This document shows, piece by piece, positions 51,995 to 64,000 of a stretch of DNA of 64,000 nucleotides (its first letter is position 1; every line of letters begins with the position of its first letter). A model generated the notes under the pieces. The model saw nothing but the letters and a program-made list of their open reading frames with translations. It had not been told where the DNA came from and ran no database searches. Source of the DNA: Lama glama. Its lineage: Eukaryota. The stretch spans positions 35,776,001-35,840,000 of the forward strand of contig CM052818.1 of NCBI GenBank assembly GCA_028534125.1, written 5' to 3'. Position numbers and translations under genes: made by a program.

Positions 51995-52172
51995 CTAGCG
52001 ATTTTGGCAGCAGATTCTTCACAAATTCCGCGTGATCCCCCACATGCAGTATGCTGTAGACACTGGTATTCATTAATTCCTCCTGATTGTAACCTAAGTA
52101 GCTGGTCACATTCTCTGACACAAATACGATTCTCCCTTCACAGTTCACAACAAAGAAAAATCCATCCAAAGC
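51995..52172 (-). CDS. NCOA1: NCOA1 coding exon 2/15, PAS-A, 178 nt
   Basis: Long T-tract plus cag|, then [22 protein letters not shown]...KNLLPKSL(V), ending G|gtacaa. Confidence 0.98.
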
Positions 52173-52479
52173 CTGCAAAGCCAAAAAAAAAAAAAAAAAA
52201 AAGGATTTAGAGGCTGTGAGGTTAAAAGATAGAAGAAAAATAAACATATACTTTTCTCTATTGAAAAAGAGATCAGAAATACATGTCAAGTTTTAAAAAG
52301 GGGGACAGAATAGAAGATTTAATATTGCATGCTTTCTGTGGAGGAAACAGGATTTTTAAACAGACTGCACACTTATGTTTCAAGTAGGCATGAATAAATA
52401 TGTCAACCCTCTTCCTTAGAAAGAAATTTTATGATAGCATATGTGAAATAAGTTACCGATTCATTCACCAGTCATAAAC

Positions 52480-52870
52480 ATCTCTAAACTGCAGGTTAAG
52501 ACCTGATGTCGACCCTCAAGCAACTTGTGGTACCGGGGGAGAGAGACATAAGCATTGTAAAATACTAGTGAGAAACGCAGTATCAGAGGCACACACAGAA
52601 TATTCCATGAGCACAGAAAAGGATACCTACTTGGGGTTAAGGTGGAGGACGCAAAGAAAGGCTCCTTACAGACATTGACCTGAGTTATAAAAGGCATAAT
52701 GGAGGGGGGGAGGAGGAATGAGGGAAAAACATTCTAGGCAGAGGAGAGTGTGGCACATAATGGAATAAAAAAGCACTTTGGAGTTGCTGCAGCACATGGC
52801 ACAGGCAGGCAGCAAGTCTGGAAAGGTGGACAGGAGCCAAATCACAGAGGGCCTCCTATGCACTGAGATG
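52480..52870 (-). mobile_element. LINE-2 fragment
   Basis: 'acattctaggcagaggagagtgtggcaca...ggagccaaatcacagagggcct' is typical antisense L2. Confidence 0.65.
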
Positions 52871-53692
52871 GATCCTGGGATCTCCAAATGAAGATGTACA
52901 TGCCCCAAGGGGAGTGTAACATCCACAGGGCTGCAGGCGGAAAAAGTCAGAATATCTATTTACAGCATAATCTAAAACACAAGGAAGAAATTAAACTTAA
53001 TTAACATGCTGACACCCTAGTGTCTCACTCAGTCCTAACGGTCATATATCACAAACCTTGGAAGCTGAAAGAAGATCCAGAATGCAGAGGTTGACAGTGG
53101 CACCTTACTTATTTATACTCTGCTTATTGCAAAATATTGCCGTTTTCTTGCTATAGAATGTACATAAGCAATAAAAATGAGACCTTTAAAAAGTAGAACA
53201 TTTACAGGATTTTGTAACAAGATGTAAAGATCCTTCATTTGCTGGTTACTGGCAAAAGACCTAGAATAGCCATCTAATGTGTTGATGGGCTACTCATCTT
53301 CCTTTTTCAAAAAAGCAAGTGTTCCAGGTTTGCTGACCTTTTCTGTTATGACAGGTGGTAATGATAATATCCTATCCAGCAGATATTTTCCAAATAAACA
53401 CACTTAATTTTGTTCCTTCAGGGTAAAGATGACATTTTAACAATGAATAAAAAGTAAACTGCCTTCAAAAAGACACGTTACAAAGACAGCATGTGAAAAT
53501 AGATGTTTTGAAATCTTATCATAGTTATGATTTTGTTGCTAAAAATGATGTAAATCACTTTTTAAAAATTATCTTCTCAGTTTAAACATTTAAAAAAAAA
53601 CTTTTTTCCTGCTCAAAAAAATCTTCCAATCAGAGTTTCAGTGGGCTATAAAAATCCATTTTTCAGAAAAGGAAAATGCAACATCTTAATCT

Positions 53693-53783
53693 ATTTTTTT
53701 TTTTAATGGAGGTACTGGGTCTTGAACCTAGGACCTTGTACATTTTAAGCATGCACTCTACCACTAAGCTATACCCTCCCCCT
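53693..53783 (-). mobile_element. tRNA-derived SINE (camelid type)
   Basis: Reverse complement reads GGGGGAGGGTATAGCTTAGTGGTAGAGTGCATGCTT...GGTTCAAGACCCAGTACCTCCATT plus poly-A; same family as the copy at 16972. Confidence 0.88.
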
Positions 53784-53811
53784 GAAAACACAGTATCTTT
53801 AAAGAAAAAAA

Positions 53812-53895
53812 AATTTTATGGAGGTACTAGGGATTGAATCCAGGACCTTGTGTATGCTAAACCTGCGTTCTACAACTGAGGTACACCCACCCCCC
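53812..53895 (-). mobile_element. tRNA-derived SINE (camelid type), more diverged copy
   Basis: Reverse complement reads GGGGGGTGGGTGTACCTCAGTTGTAGAACGCAGGTTTAGCATACACAAGGTCCTGGATTCAATCCCTAGTACCTCCAT. Confidence 0.85.
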
Positions 53896-56079
53896 TAAAA
53901 TCTTTTGATTAGTTTTGAGAATCACTGTTTGAGGTTAAAAAAAGATAGGGTTTCAAGAAAAACCTTTAGCATAATTGGTAGATAAGATTTCAAGTATCAT
54001 AACTTAGTAAACTCATCCAATGATATATTTTCCTATTTGAATCTACCTTATTTTTGTGAGGTGTCTTTTTCAGCTGATTATTTAAGCCAAATATTAAAAT
54101 ACACTGAACTTAGAACTATCAAATCACTACATCACAAAGCACTCAATCAAGATTTTAAAAAATAATGAAGCACAACCACATTGTTCTCATTAAAAGTACT
54201 GCTAATATTTTCTTTAACAAGAAATAAAATAAATAAAACTATTTTTATTCCACCTGACTATTGTAACAATTTTTCACTTAGTTTATAATACAAAAGGGAG
54301 AAGGATGTGATTAATAATCTAAAAATCTCCACAGGAGACAAACACTTTGCTAATCTATTCTGGGTTTAGATAAGCATAGGAAAGCACCCTCATATCTAAT
54401 TAATTGTGTTTTTAAGTTATATTAGCTATAAATTTCATAACAAGTGATATATATATATATATACTTATCTTGCAGTTTATGTAAAAATAGGAATAACTGA
54501 AATACAGATGTATCAATTTTTTTAAAGTAGATCTAAAAATTCTTTAAAATGTTCTTAGCTATTAACTGAATCAGTGTGAATACAATTTAACTTTATTTTT
54601 CTCTTTTTGGTCTCTTAAAAGAGTTTACTAAAGAACAGTATGGGTATAACAAAATATCATAGTTCAGAGCAAGAAACAAGGATGACATCGAAAGACAAGT
54701 AAGTAAAAAAACTCGGCCATTTCATGGTGAACCACTTCCAGAAGCCACACCACCCAGCTTCTTCAACACTACCCTCTCCTTTCTTCATCTAGTTTTTAGG
54801 GTGTCCTTCTTGGCTCCTTGCTCTCTGCCTCCCTAGTGGCCCTGTCTACACTCAAAGCCACAGTCAGCCTCTCTCTTGATTTCTTCACTTTCCCTATCTG
54901 TCTCTCAATGTCTCTGGAAGTTACCTGTTGTCTGCAGAGAGGCTGCGAGAGATACAGACCCACTCCTGGGAACATCTCTGTCCAATCTGAAGACTGACCA
55001 GTGGTGAAGGAAGGGCTGGTGTGCAGACCCTGAGCACCAGCAAGGCCCAGGGATTCACCTGGGCTACTCAGGGCAATTGTTTTTAAGGTATCTGTGAAAT
55101 CCAAAGGGCTTCTCCTTCATTGCAGTAGGCCTGGAGTCCCTGTGGTCTCCTGTTTCCAGAGACTATCTGGGCTTCTCCAAGTTCTCCCATTGACTACACC
55201 TGACCTTACTGCCAAGCTGGGAAGTTATTCTAGTAACTGGCCTCTGTAATATGCAGCTAGTCACCCTTACAGGGAGTGTAGAACTTTCACCAGATCTCTG
55301 CCTGGCCTCGGTTACATGGACACATCGTTTCCTCTGAGAAGTCTGGGGCATCAAATTTCCTTTGAGCTTCCCCAGAAAAAGTTGGCTTAGAAAACAGGTT
55401 AACAAAGGCTGCCCCATGGTTGCAGAGTTGTACTGCTGACCTTTTCCTGAGATGCAGACAGCCTGTCTTTTGCTGGAAATGCCCATTTTTTGTTTTTTAA
55501 TTATAAAGAAATATATTCTTACAAAAATTTTAAAAATATGATAATGAAGTGGATAGTATAAGATTTGCCAAAATCCTACCCTCAAGAGATTGGTAACATT
55601 TCAGGGGATATCCTTTGAGACTATTCCTATGAATATACAAACATCTCTAATTTCTAAAAGTATGTCTGATTAATATAAGCTGCTAATACTTGCTATTATT
55701 CTACAAGTTTCCCTCATATGCTGTGCATATAATTAACTTCCAAGTGTGCTCCTGGGAAGAAATCTTCCTATTTCTCCAAGATAACTGGTCTTACACTGAG
55801 CTGCACACAAGAGATAATAAATGCCTCTCTACTCAGTACAACGTTATCAATCGGAGGGGTTTTCTCTCTACCCAGGATATCACTCTTTGAAGAGGACCAC
55901 CTTGGGTCTCACTGCAGGGTTCACACTGGCCAAGGCTGCTCATAGAGCTCTGGCTTTAAATGACTACACAAGCTTCACTGAGTATCACCTAAGTGGCAGT
56001 CACTGGACAAAATCCTGGGAATAAAATACATATTTTCAACAATTTTACTGTCTCTGGAGGGAAAAATGCAAATATACAT

Positions 56080-57000
56080 AGTTACGTTATAGTACAGCAG
56101 AGGAATTCATAAAAGTTAAGCACAGAGTGAAGCACCCAAATGGGCAAAGGGATGGTTGTTGTCGGTAGGGTTTCCTGGGAGGAGGCCACACAGTGCATAA
56201 GCCAAGGCTTGAAGGACACAGAGCAGTAACTTGGGTGGACAAGGGGTAGGGAAGGACATTCAAAACAGAGGAAACAGCTCAGAGTTTTTTTTAAAAAAAA
56301 GAAAAACAAAAAGAAAACATCTTGTATGCACTTGTCATATTTGTGATATATTTAACAATAAAATGGGTTTTTTTTGGAAAAAGCTTTAAAGAAAAGCAAA
56401 AAAAAAAAAAAAGAGAGAGAGAGAGAGAGAGATAGATTTTACCCTAAAGGCCATGAGGATCATCTTTAAGGCAATGTTTTTAAGCAGGAGAGCAACGACG
56501 TGATCTGCTTTAACAAAGATCCTTCTGGCAGTGGGTGTGGCATGTGGATTGGAAACAAGGAGATAAGTTGCAGTGCTAGTATGATATGTGACATTCCAGT
56601 TCAAATGAGAGCCTAAATCAAGGCAATGGCAGTGGAAGTGACAGAGTGATAGAGATTCTACACAGGCAGAACAAAGAGCACTTGGTGACCTCTAGCAGCT
56701 GTAGGGATGGGGCACTTGGGGTGATCTTTCCTTAAAGACTTTAGGGTTCTGGTAGGTAAGTGCCTTTCCTTGAGAAAGGGGATTCAAAGGGGAAAAAAAA
56801 TCTAGTCTTCTATTTTTTTCTACTTTTTTTAAACAAGGTGAAGGGATGGATTATAAATTTTGGTTTAGAAATGTTATATTTGAAATGCTCAAGGCACTTT
56901 CTGATGGAGACATTCAAAAGGCAGTAGGATATAATGAAAGGGAAGCTCTAAAGAGAGATCTGGGCTAAAGACAGACATTTGTGATTTACAGGTACATACA
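56080..57000 (-). mobile_element. LINE-2 fragments
   Basis: 'ttttaagcaggagagcaacgacgtgatctg', 'tttgaaatgctcaaggcac', 'agagagatctgggctaaaga'. Confidence 0.65.
56398..56432. repeat. poly-A followed by (GA)n microsatellite
   Basis: Read directly: a run of about 15 A followed by about 10 GA units. Confidence 0.95.
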
Positions 57001-58149
57001 GTACCATTTGGTTTTTGTTTATTTGTTTTTCATCACAGTTATCTTCTCCTCTTTCACAGACTATCTGACCTCCTTTGGGAAGTTACTTCTACATTAAATA
57101 AAATCTCATGGGATTCTTAACCAGGCCATTAGGCCTCTTAACCAGGCCTAAATGTGAACCTTAAGGAAAATTATTTTAAAAATGAACATGGCTGGAACAC
57201 ATTCATTCTGGGAGCAGGGCACTGTCCAGATGGTTCTTTCGAAGAGACCATTCATATAGTTTTGGCTTTCTAGCCTTCTTAAGATGCCTTGGTTTCACCT
57301 TATTTTCAAGCATGGTTCTGTGATCTCCAAACAGCATCCCATTAACTCATATTTGCTTAATTTAGTCAGAATTGATGTCTGTTCCCTGAAATCAGAGAAT
57401 TCTAATTGGTATTTTATACATACACACGCATGTGCACACACACATATGAATACATCATACAGACTGAGGCACAGATGTCAATAAAATTGTCCAGGAAGTG
57501 TGTACAGAATTTTTTAAAAAAATAAAGGAAAAGATCCAAGGCCAGAACCCTTAGGGATGGTAACATTTAAGAAGTAGGTAAATAAAGAGAAATCTGAGAG
57601 AGGCTAAGGAGCAGGCAGACAGGAGAAGAGACAGGTTTATAAAAGAGGCTCGTGAAGTGTGTTAAGGAAGAAGGAGTTGGTGATGAAAGGAGTCAAGAGC
57701 CACACAGCAACAAATGGGACACAGTGAGGTAAGGAGGCCTGATGCATATGCAAGGTCTAGGGAGACCTTGGTGACTGAAACGTAATTTTTCTTTTCGAGC
57801 AGTGGGAAATAAGGAGTGTTAGGTCAGACCTTTGAACAGGAGCAGAGGAATTTAGACAGCAAAGAGCAATGGAGAATGAGGAGCTTTAAAAACACTGCCT
57901 GCACTGATGAGTACTTACTGTGTGCCAAGTAACAAATCTTTGTTGAGTAAATTCTAATACCACTACCTCTTTAACTGTGAAGAGATTACCTCCAATACTT
58001 TATTCTTAACTCATGCTACCTTTTTTTATGTTTAAAAAAGGGGAAGGGGAAAAACACTGGAAACTGTACGGTGAGAATTTCTCACAATAAGGTGGATATT
58101 TGACCACCTTTTAGATGAACAGATCTTCCACCTGAGCAAGTCCCTCTAG

Positions 58150-58336
58150 ACTGATGTCAAACAGAACTTTCTGCAGTGATGGAAATGTTCTCCATTTGTG
58201 TTGTCCAATACAGTAGCTATTAGCCACATCTGGGTACTGAGAACTTTAAATGTGGCTGGTGAGACTGAAGCATTGAATTTTTAATTGTATTTAACTTTGA
58301 ACAGCCATGTGTGACTATCTTACTGAACAGTGCAGC
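58150..58336. mobile_element. MER3 hAT MITE
   Basis: 'agaactttctgcagtgatggaaatgttct...gtccaatacagtagctattagccacat...aaatgtggctggtgagactga'. Confidence 0.88.
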
Positions 58337-60509
58337 TCTGGACTGAAGCCTGGACATGATTCAATGGGCAATCTCGTGGTGGCTTTCCTACCACTTCTTC
58401 TCTTAGCTGCCCTGGATTAGATTTCATAAAGTTTAAGGGAACGAGGCAGGGTTAGGGTTTAGAAGTATTCTCCGGCTCCAGTTTGGTGTTTTCAGTTTGT
58501 GGATAATCCATTTCTCTCCTTATCGATCTCTGAGGTTTCTGAAGAACATGTGGTAAAGCTAGGATTTAAATAATTAACATTTCTCTACAAGAACTCCAAA
58601 AATCTCAAGAACCTCTATACCTTAAACATCTTCAGTAACTCAAATGGCATTATATGCAGAAAATACATTTAATAAATATTTAATGAATTGAAAGGAGATA
58701 TAAAGTTCTTAGGCCAGTTTTAAAGTTAGGTGCACCAAGAAGGTAGATGGACTCCCCACAGAAAACCTAGAAGACATGAAGAGACTAGTCCACTAGCACC
58801 CTGTAGAGTAAAGGAGACAGGTACTAAGTGCTAGGATGGATCAAGTCTGCAGGAAGGGCCCAAGTGTAACCAAGTAGTGAGGTGGTGACAGGTGCCAAGG
58901 CTGGGAAGAGATGGGGTGGTGGGAAACGAGCCTAAAGTACTCTTCTTTCTTTAGTTTCCTTTAATGGCTTATATTTTTAAAAATTCAAAATATAGCAAAG
59001 TTGAAATAATTCTGTAGTGAGCATCTGCATATCCACCACATAAATTCTACCATTAACATTTTTACTATATTTATTATAACACTATTTCCAAAAGGCAGTC
59101 AAATATCATGCAATCAAGTTAATGGGTTGTGAAAGAATAAAAATTCAGAGTCCATCACATGAGGTAGCTTCCCCCTCTCCCAGGTATATGTGTATACACT
59201 CACTTAGAGAGTAGTTTCTATCCAGTTTCGATGGCCAATGTTTTTTATATTTTACAACTCTATAAAATACATGCTCATTCCCCTAATAAAAATCATTAAA
59301 ACCAATAGTCTAAAGTAATGAAGTGCTTGTATAACATGAAGGGAAAATAAAGAATTTACATTTTGAGGGGTAAATTGCTAATAAGAGAGTCAAAAATATT
59401 TAGCAGCCTGTTAAAAGTACAGGCATAGAGTATGGGAAGAGGTTAAAGCAAGAAGTACACATTCGGGTGTCATCTGTAAAGAGATAAAAGATGAAGCAAA
59501 TGATATTACTTGGGCTAAAATACCAAGAATTGAATTTTGAGACTGTTCTCATACTAGTGGTGTTGGTAGACAGAATTATAGTTAACATAAAAACAGAGGA
59601 GTAGTTAGGCTAATAGTAAAAAATGTATAAAAGGATTAGAAAATCAAGAGACCTATACATGTTTGAGTTGTCAGGAAGACTTCACCAGAAAGGAGGGCCT
59701 TGAAGTAGGACAAGGAAAAGAGAATTTATATATATACAGACATATATTTACATACAAATATATTTATATTTAAGCACATATATATATAATAAATATGATA
59801 TATAGAAACTAAAATTAGCCCTAGAGATAGAAAAGCCTAATTTGTGGGGAATGAGTTATGTACACACACGCAGGTAAGTGTTTTTAAACATTCATGTATG
59901 AGAAGGGAGCACTTAAGGTGACAAGCCTGCTTGGAAACAAAACATCTGCGTTGAGAAGAGAGGAAGTGAAGATTAGATAGGAAACAACAGTGTGAAAGTT
60001 ACACAGCAGTTACAAAGTAATTCAAGATTAAAGGTTCTTCGCTTTAAAAGTTTGACAGAAAGTCATTAAAGTAGCAAGTCCTTTTACAATGTCTACATAA
60101 ACAATCTAAAATTTTTAGTCAGAAAACTTTTCAGGAAAACATCTACTGCAATAAAATGAGGTGGCCCTTACTCAAAAATGAAATTCTACAGGCGAAAATA
60201 GCACTAGCTAGCTAAGTAATTCTAAGTTTTATTTTTCTAACTGGTCCTACTACCCCAGCAATACATAGCAAAGCCAGACACTAGGCTAGTTTTCCATCTG
60301 ACCATTAGAACACCTTGATGAAAACTTCTCATGTTTGTTATCCACATTTGAAATAGAAACAACTGTCAAAGCAGTTTCAAAAATAAAATAATTATTAAAA
60401 GTTCTTTAAAAGTTTACTTGTTTTATAATTTACTAATTGGATGTAAAAAAGATTTAAAAAAAAAAAAAACCTAACTGGGCTAGAACACAGATTTGATGAG
60501 AACAGTTAC

Positions 60510-60607
60510 CTCTAAAAGAAGAGGTCCCAAGGATTCCTTTTCTATCACTCCTTGACTACTTGACGAGATGTCTGATTTCTGTACTTCATCATCAGTTGTT
60601 GACTTCT
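60510..60607 (-). CDS. NCOA1: NCOA1 coding exon (1 of 15 in window), post-bHLH linker, 98 nt
   Basis: cag|AG AAG TCA... encodes (E)[32 protein letters not shown], ending GAG|gtaact. Not captured by the ORF track. Confidence 0.97.
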
Positions 60608-60729
60608 CTGTTAACAAAGAAACAAAAAGTCACACATCCAAAAAGAGCTCATTTCCATAATGGCAAGTTTATGAAGACACAGATTCACCTAATTTCAGAT
60701 TCAAATAACAGTTATTCAGTATCTAGGCA

Positions 60730-60865
60730 CTTTCACATTTAATCTTAATTATATTCATTTTATGGGTGATAAAATTGAAGCTCACAAGGGTTAAGTAATT
60801 TGTCCCAAATAATATAATAAGTGGCAGCAGGAGAATTTGAATTCTGACCACTAAGTCCTGTGTTG
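60730..60865 (-). mobile_element. MIR fragment
   Basis: 'cattttatgggtgataaaattgaagctcacaagggttaagtaatttgtccca...ggagaatttgaattc'. Confidence 0.7.
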
Positions 60866-61219
60866 CAGCAAAAGGAAAAAAGTGGTATAAATACCTAGCC
60901 TTTTTCAAAAGTCCACACCAAAAGTTTTAAAGAAATGGATGAAATGTAAAAGAATAATTATTTCCTCCATTTTTCTTTCTCCTTTTCTGATTTAATCAAT
61001 TGCTATTGAAGAGAGTGTGAAGATACGATTCTGTGAGCCTGCATGAACTAGCTAACCTTTCACATTAATGTCATGATGATCTGACTGATAAAACTGCAAC
61101 TGCTAAATGATTTGGAATCATCCATCATCTTAAAGCAGCATCATAGTTATATAAGTTTCTAATCTGTCACACTACTTAGTTCACCAAAAACCAAACATGG
61201 TATTACTGAATATAGAGAT

Positions 61220-62740
61220 TCATTTTTTACTCTAAAATATGAAATATTTCAAATATTCTAAAAACACTGAAAGTGACGTCACATACACATAGTCACCATT
61301 TATTCCTCACAGATGTTAACAATATTTGCTTCAGGTCCTTCCTTTTTAAATAAATAAAATGCTGCAAATAGAGCTACAGCTCTGCCCCCATCCCTCCTTG
61401 TCCGTTTTCAGAAGTAACCAGCATTCTGAGGTCAACATAATCATCACTAAGCATGTTTTTATACTTCAACTACATATGTATGATTTTATGTATATATTAT
61501 TATTTTATGTTTTAAAGTTTACATAAAAATACAGAGATTTTTTCAACATACTTTTTTTCCCACTCAATGTTATGTTTGAAATTTAGCTACTCTGATAACA
61601 TATAATATTTGCTTCACTCATTTGAACCACTGTACAGTATCATATGAGTAACTCACAGCTGATTTCCCAGTCTCCTACTGGTAGACCTTTTGACTACTAC
61701 ATACAGTGCTGTAATAAACTATTTTCAGTATTTCCTCTTTTGCACATTTGTGACAGTTTCTTTAGGGGAAATACTAGAAGTGAAATTGCTGGATCATAGG
61801 GTTTGTGTATTCTTGACATTACTAAGATTGACAAATTGCTCTCTAAAGAGGTTGTACCACCAGTAACATACAAGAGTTTTTGTTTTTCTGTATCCTCAGT
61901 GACACTTGATATCATCAGAGTTTTAAATTTTTTACAAACCTAATGGGTGTTAAATGTTATCTCATATAGTATTTTTAATACAAGCTTTACTGAACTACAA
62001 TTCACATAGAATACTGTTCATGCATTTAAAGCCTACAATTCAATGTTTTTTAGAGTCATACAACCACCATCACAATAAATTTTAGAATATTTTTATCACC
62101 CCAAGAAGAAACCCCATAACCTTTAGCAGTCACTCCTCATTTCCCCAAACCCAAGGCAGCCATCAACCTACTTTCCATCTCTACAGATTTGCCTATTCTA
62201 GACATTTTATATAAATGGAATCATATAATATGTAGTCCTTTGTGACTGGCACCTTTTGCTAGCATAATGTGTTCCAGATTCATCTATGGTAAAGCATTTG
62301 TCAGTACTTCACTTCCTTTTATTGCAAAATAATATGCCACTGTACAGGTGTACGTCATTTTATTTACTCATTGATCAGTAGATAGGTGTATGGGTTGTTT
62401 CCACTTTTTGACTATTTATGAATAATGCTGTTATGTACACTTGTGTACAAGTTTTTGTGTGGACATGTTTTCATTTCTCTTAGGTAAGTGGACCTTTAGG
62501 TGGACTTGCTGGGCCATATGGTAACGCTATGTTTAACATTTTGAGAAACTATTGACTGGTTTCCAAAGTGGTCTCTCATTGTGGTTTTTAATTTGTATTT
62601 CTCTCATGGCTAATATTGTGAATCAAATTATGCATGTTTTTCATGTGCTTATTAGTCATCTGCACATCTTCTTTATAGAAATGTCTATCCAGAGCCTTTG
62701 CCCATTTTAAAAAATTGGGTTTTTTTTTCTTTATTATTAT
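61220..62740 (-). mobile_element. Two adjacent antisense L1M fragments (older 61220-61965, L1MB-like 61970-62740)
   Basis: Each has its own antisense 3' end and a 'ttgctgg(a/g)tcata' motif; the second starts 'agctttactgaactacaattcacata'. Confidence 0.85.
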
Positions 62741-62914
62741 GATACAGGAGTTTCTCTTTTAGTTCTAAGACATACTCCCTTCATCATTTCATCATTTGTA
62801 ACAAGAAGACAGGTTTTTAAAATAGTTCCAAAAAGACATACCATCAAGTCCAAGTGCATTAAGTAATTATGCATGAAAAGCAAAACACTTAAAATTTTAC
62901 ACAAAATATGAAAA

Positions 62915-63040
62915 CAAATATATGCGTGTTCATGTATGACTAATGCATTATGCTGTACACCAGAAATTGACACAGCATTGTAAACTGACTCTCTCTCTCT
63001 TTCCCTCTCTCTCTATATATATACATACATACATATATAA
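62915..63040 (+). mobile_element. Very short L1 3' terminus whose tail has become a compound (CT)n(TA)n(CATA)n microsatellite
   Basis: 'tatgctgtacaccagaaattgacacagcattgtaaactgact' resembles a cetartiodactyl L1 terminus and runs directly into the simple repeats. Confidence 0.7.
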
Positions 63041-63059
63041 AATTTAGGCAAAACCTAAG

Positions 63060-63353
63060 GCAGGAGTGGCCATATCACTGGCCTAAGAGAAGTTGAACAG
63101 AAGTGACATGAGATTTCTGAGTCTTTTTCTTAAAGGGAAAGAAGCATGCCTTCCTGTTTTCTTCTTTCTCCTCGTCAGCTGGGATGTGGACAGGTGAGCC
63201 ATGTATGACCACATGGATAATGGTAATATCCTAGGAACGTATAGTAAAAGAGTTGGAAGGAAACTGAACCTCTGACACATACCTAGACTATCTTGTTAAA
63301 GCCACTGAACTTTGGCTCCCTTGCTACAGTTAGCCTTGCCTGTATTCTAATAC
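63060..63353 (+). mobile_element. Old MLT1-like LTR fragment
   Basis: End 'cttgttaaagccactg...ttgctacagttagcc...ctaataca' resembles MLT1 3' ends. Confidence 0.5.
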
Positions 63354-64000
63354 ATTCCACATTTCTCAATAACATGCTTATGTGCTATATTCTGATTGTG
63401 TCCATGTTAAACAAACTCTATTAACATGCTATCATGAAAGGAAAGAATTTAATTTACTTACATCAACCATCTAGACACACATTTCCCCTCTTCCAAGTAT
63501 ACTTACAATAATTTTTAGAGCAGTCAGTATTTAATATCTATGTTACTATGGCTACAGAAATAATAGTTCACAAATGAGTCAAGGTGTGTGCTATAGTTTA
63601 TAATTCTCATAATTTGTGTTTCAGTTTTTTTGTAAAGTTTGACTCATCTCTAAACTCTCCTCCAGGGCTGAGAAATTCCTCTCAATGTGGTCTGTTATCA
63701 GATACTTTATATGTTCCATTTTTTCCCCACAAAAATACTCCTCCTAGAGTCTCTATCCACCTTCTCCAATTAGAACTGGCCACTTTTTTAGTCTGCTGCT
63801 CAATTGTAATCCTGGGTCTCCTCTACCTTTCTTTTGTTAAGATTCTACACTTTCCCTGGGTTAAGATCTATGCCTTTCTTTCTTGGTTTATTATCTTGGT
63901 CTTGATAGGTATTTCTGAAAAAAGTACATAGGAGGTAACATTTTTGAGGCTTTTAAGGTCTGAAAATGCCTTTATTTTGAGCTCATATTTCATTTGGATG

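Larger units (their letters stand above)
52890..54300 (+). mobile_element. Second decayed hAT/Charlie element with C-terminal transposase remnant
   Basis: Frame-broken motifs FADLFC..W, YPADIF, LN.FLQGK (about 53330-53430), ST..CEVSFSA (about 54042-54075) and a terminal SH* (54185-54193). Confidence 0.75.
1911..60607 (-). other. NCOA1: NCOA1 gene body (partial; 15 coding exons in window, both ends outside)
   Basis: The spliced translation of the 15 exons matches the recalled SRC-1 sequence from ...[16 protein letters not shown] to ...MPGMNTVCPEQ. All introns are GT-AG and the phases chain correctly. Confidence 0.99.

Noticed and set aside
16972..53895. Oppositely oriented SINE pair as a driver of circRNA back-splicing
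   Set aside because: The copies are under 100 nt, diverged and about 37 kb apart; pairing is too weak to claim without data.
1..64000. CRISPR array, prokaryotic operon, CpG-island promoter, rRNA/snRNA genes, U12-type introns
   Set aside because: None seen: there is no regularly spaced repeat array, CpG is depleted throughout, and all 14 complete introns have ordinary GT-AG ends without the GTATCCTT signature.

Overview
Mammalian genomic DNA covering the central part of NCOA1 (SRC-1, a p160 nuclear-receptor coactivator) on the minus strand. I traced 15 consecutive coding exons between 60607 and 1911. All have canonical AG/GT boundaries with mutually consistent phases and total 3803 nt (2 nt + 1267 codons) with no stop. 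They encode the post-bHLH linker, PAS-A/PAS-B, the three-LxxLL receptor-interaction domain, the CBP/p300-binding AD1 and the Q-rich region. The start (bHLH) exons and the terminal exons lie outside the window. The introns are AT-rich and full of old mammalian repeats (L1M, L2, MIR, MER2/3/5/20/58/103-like, MLT1) plus two decayed hAT/Charlie transposase bodies. Three short tRNA-derived SINEs of the camelid type, and no visible Alu, Bov-tA/BovB, PRE-1 or CAN-SINE, suggest a camel, alpaca or llama genome (inference). Most short ORFs in the supplied track are noise or repeat-derived. I found no convincing novel biological system. The most interesting leads are an in-frame internal splice donor that would delete the MAPK-site segment and restore an NCOA2-like junction, two apparent single-codon deletions versus human, clustered alternative splice sites, and the layered transposon history. 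Comparisons to human proteins and repeat family names are from memory, not database searches. Repeat boundaries are approximate.
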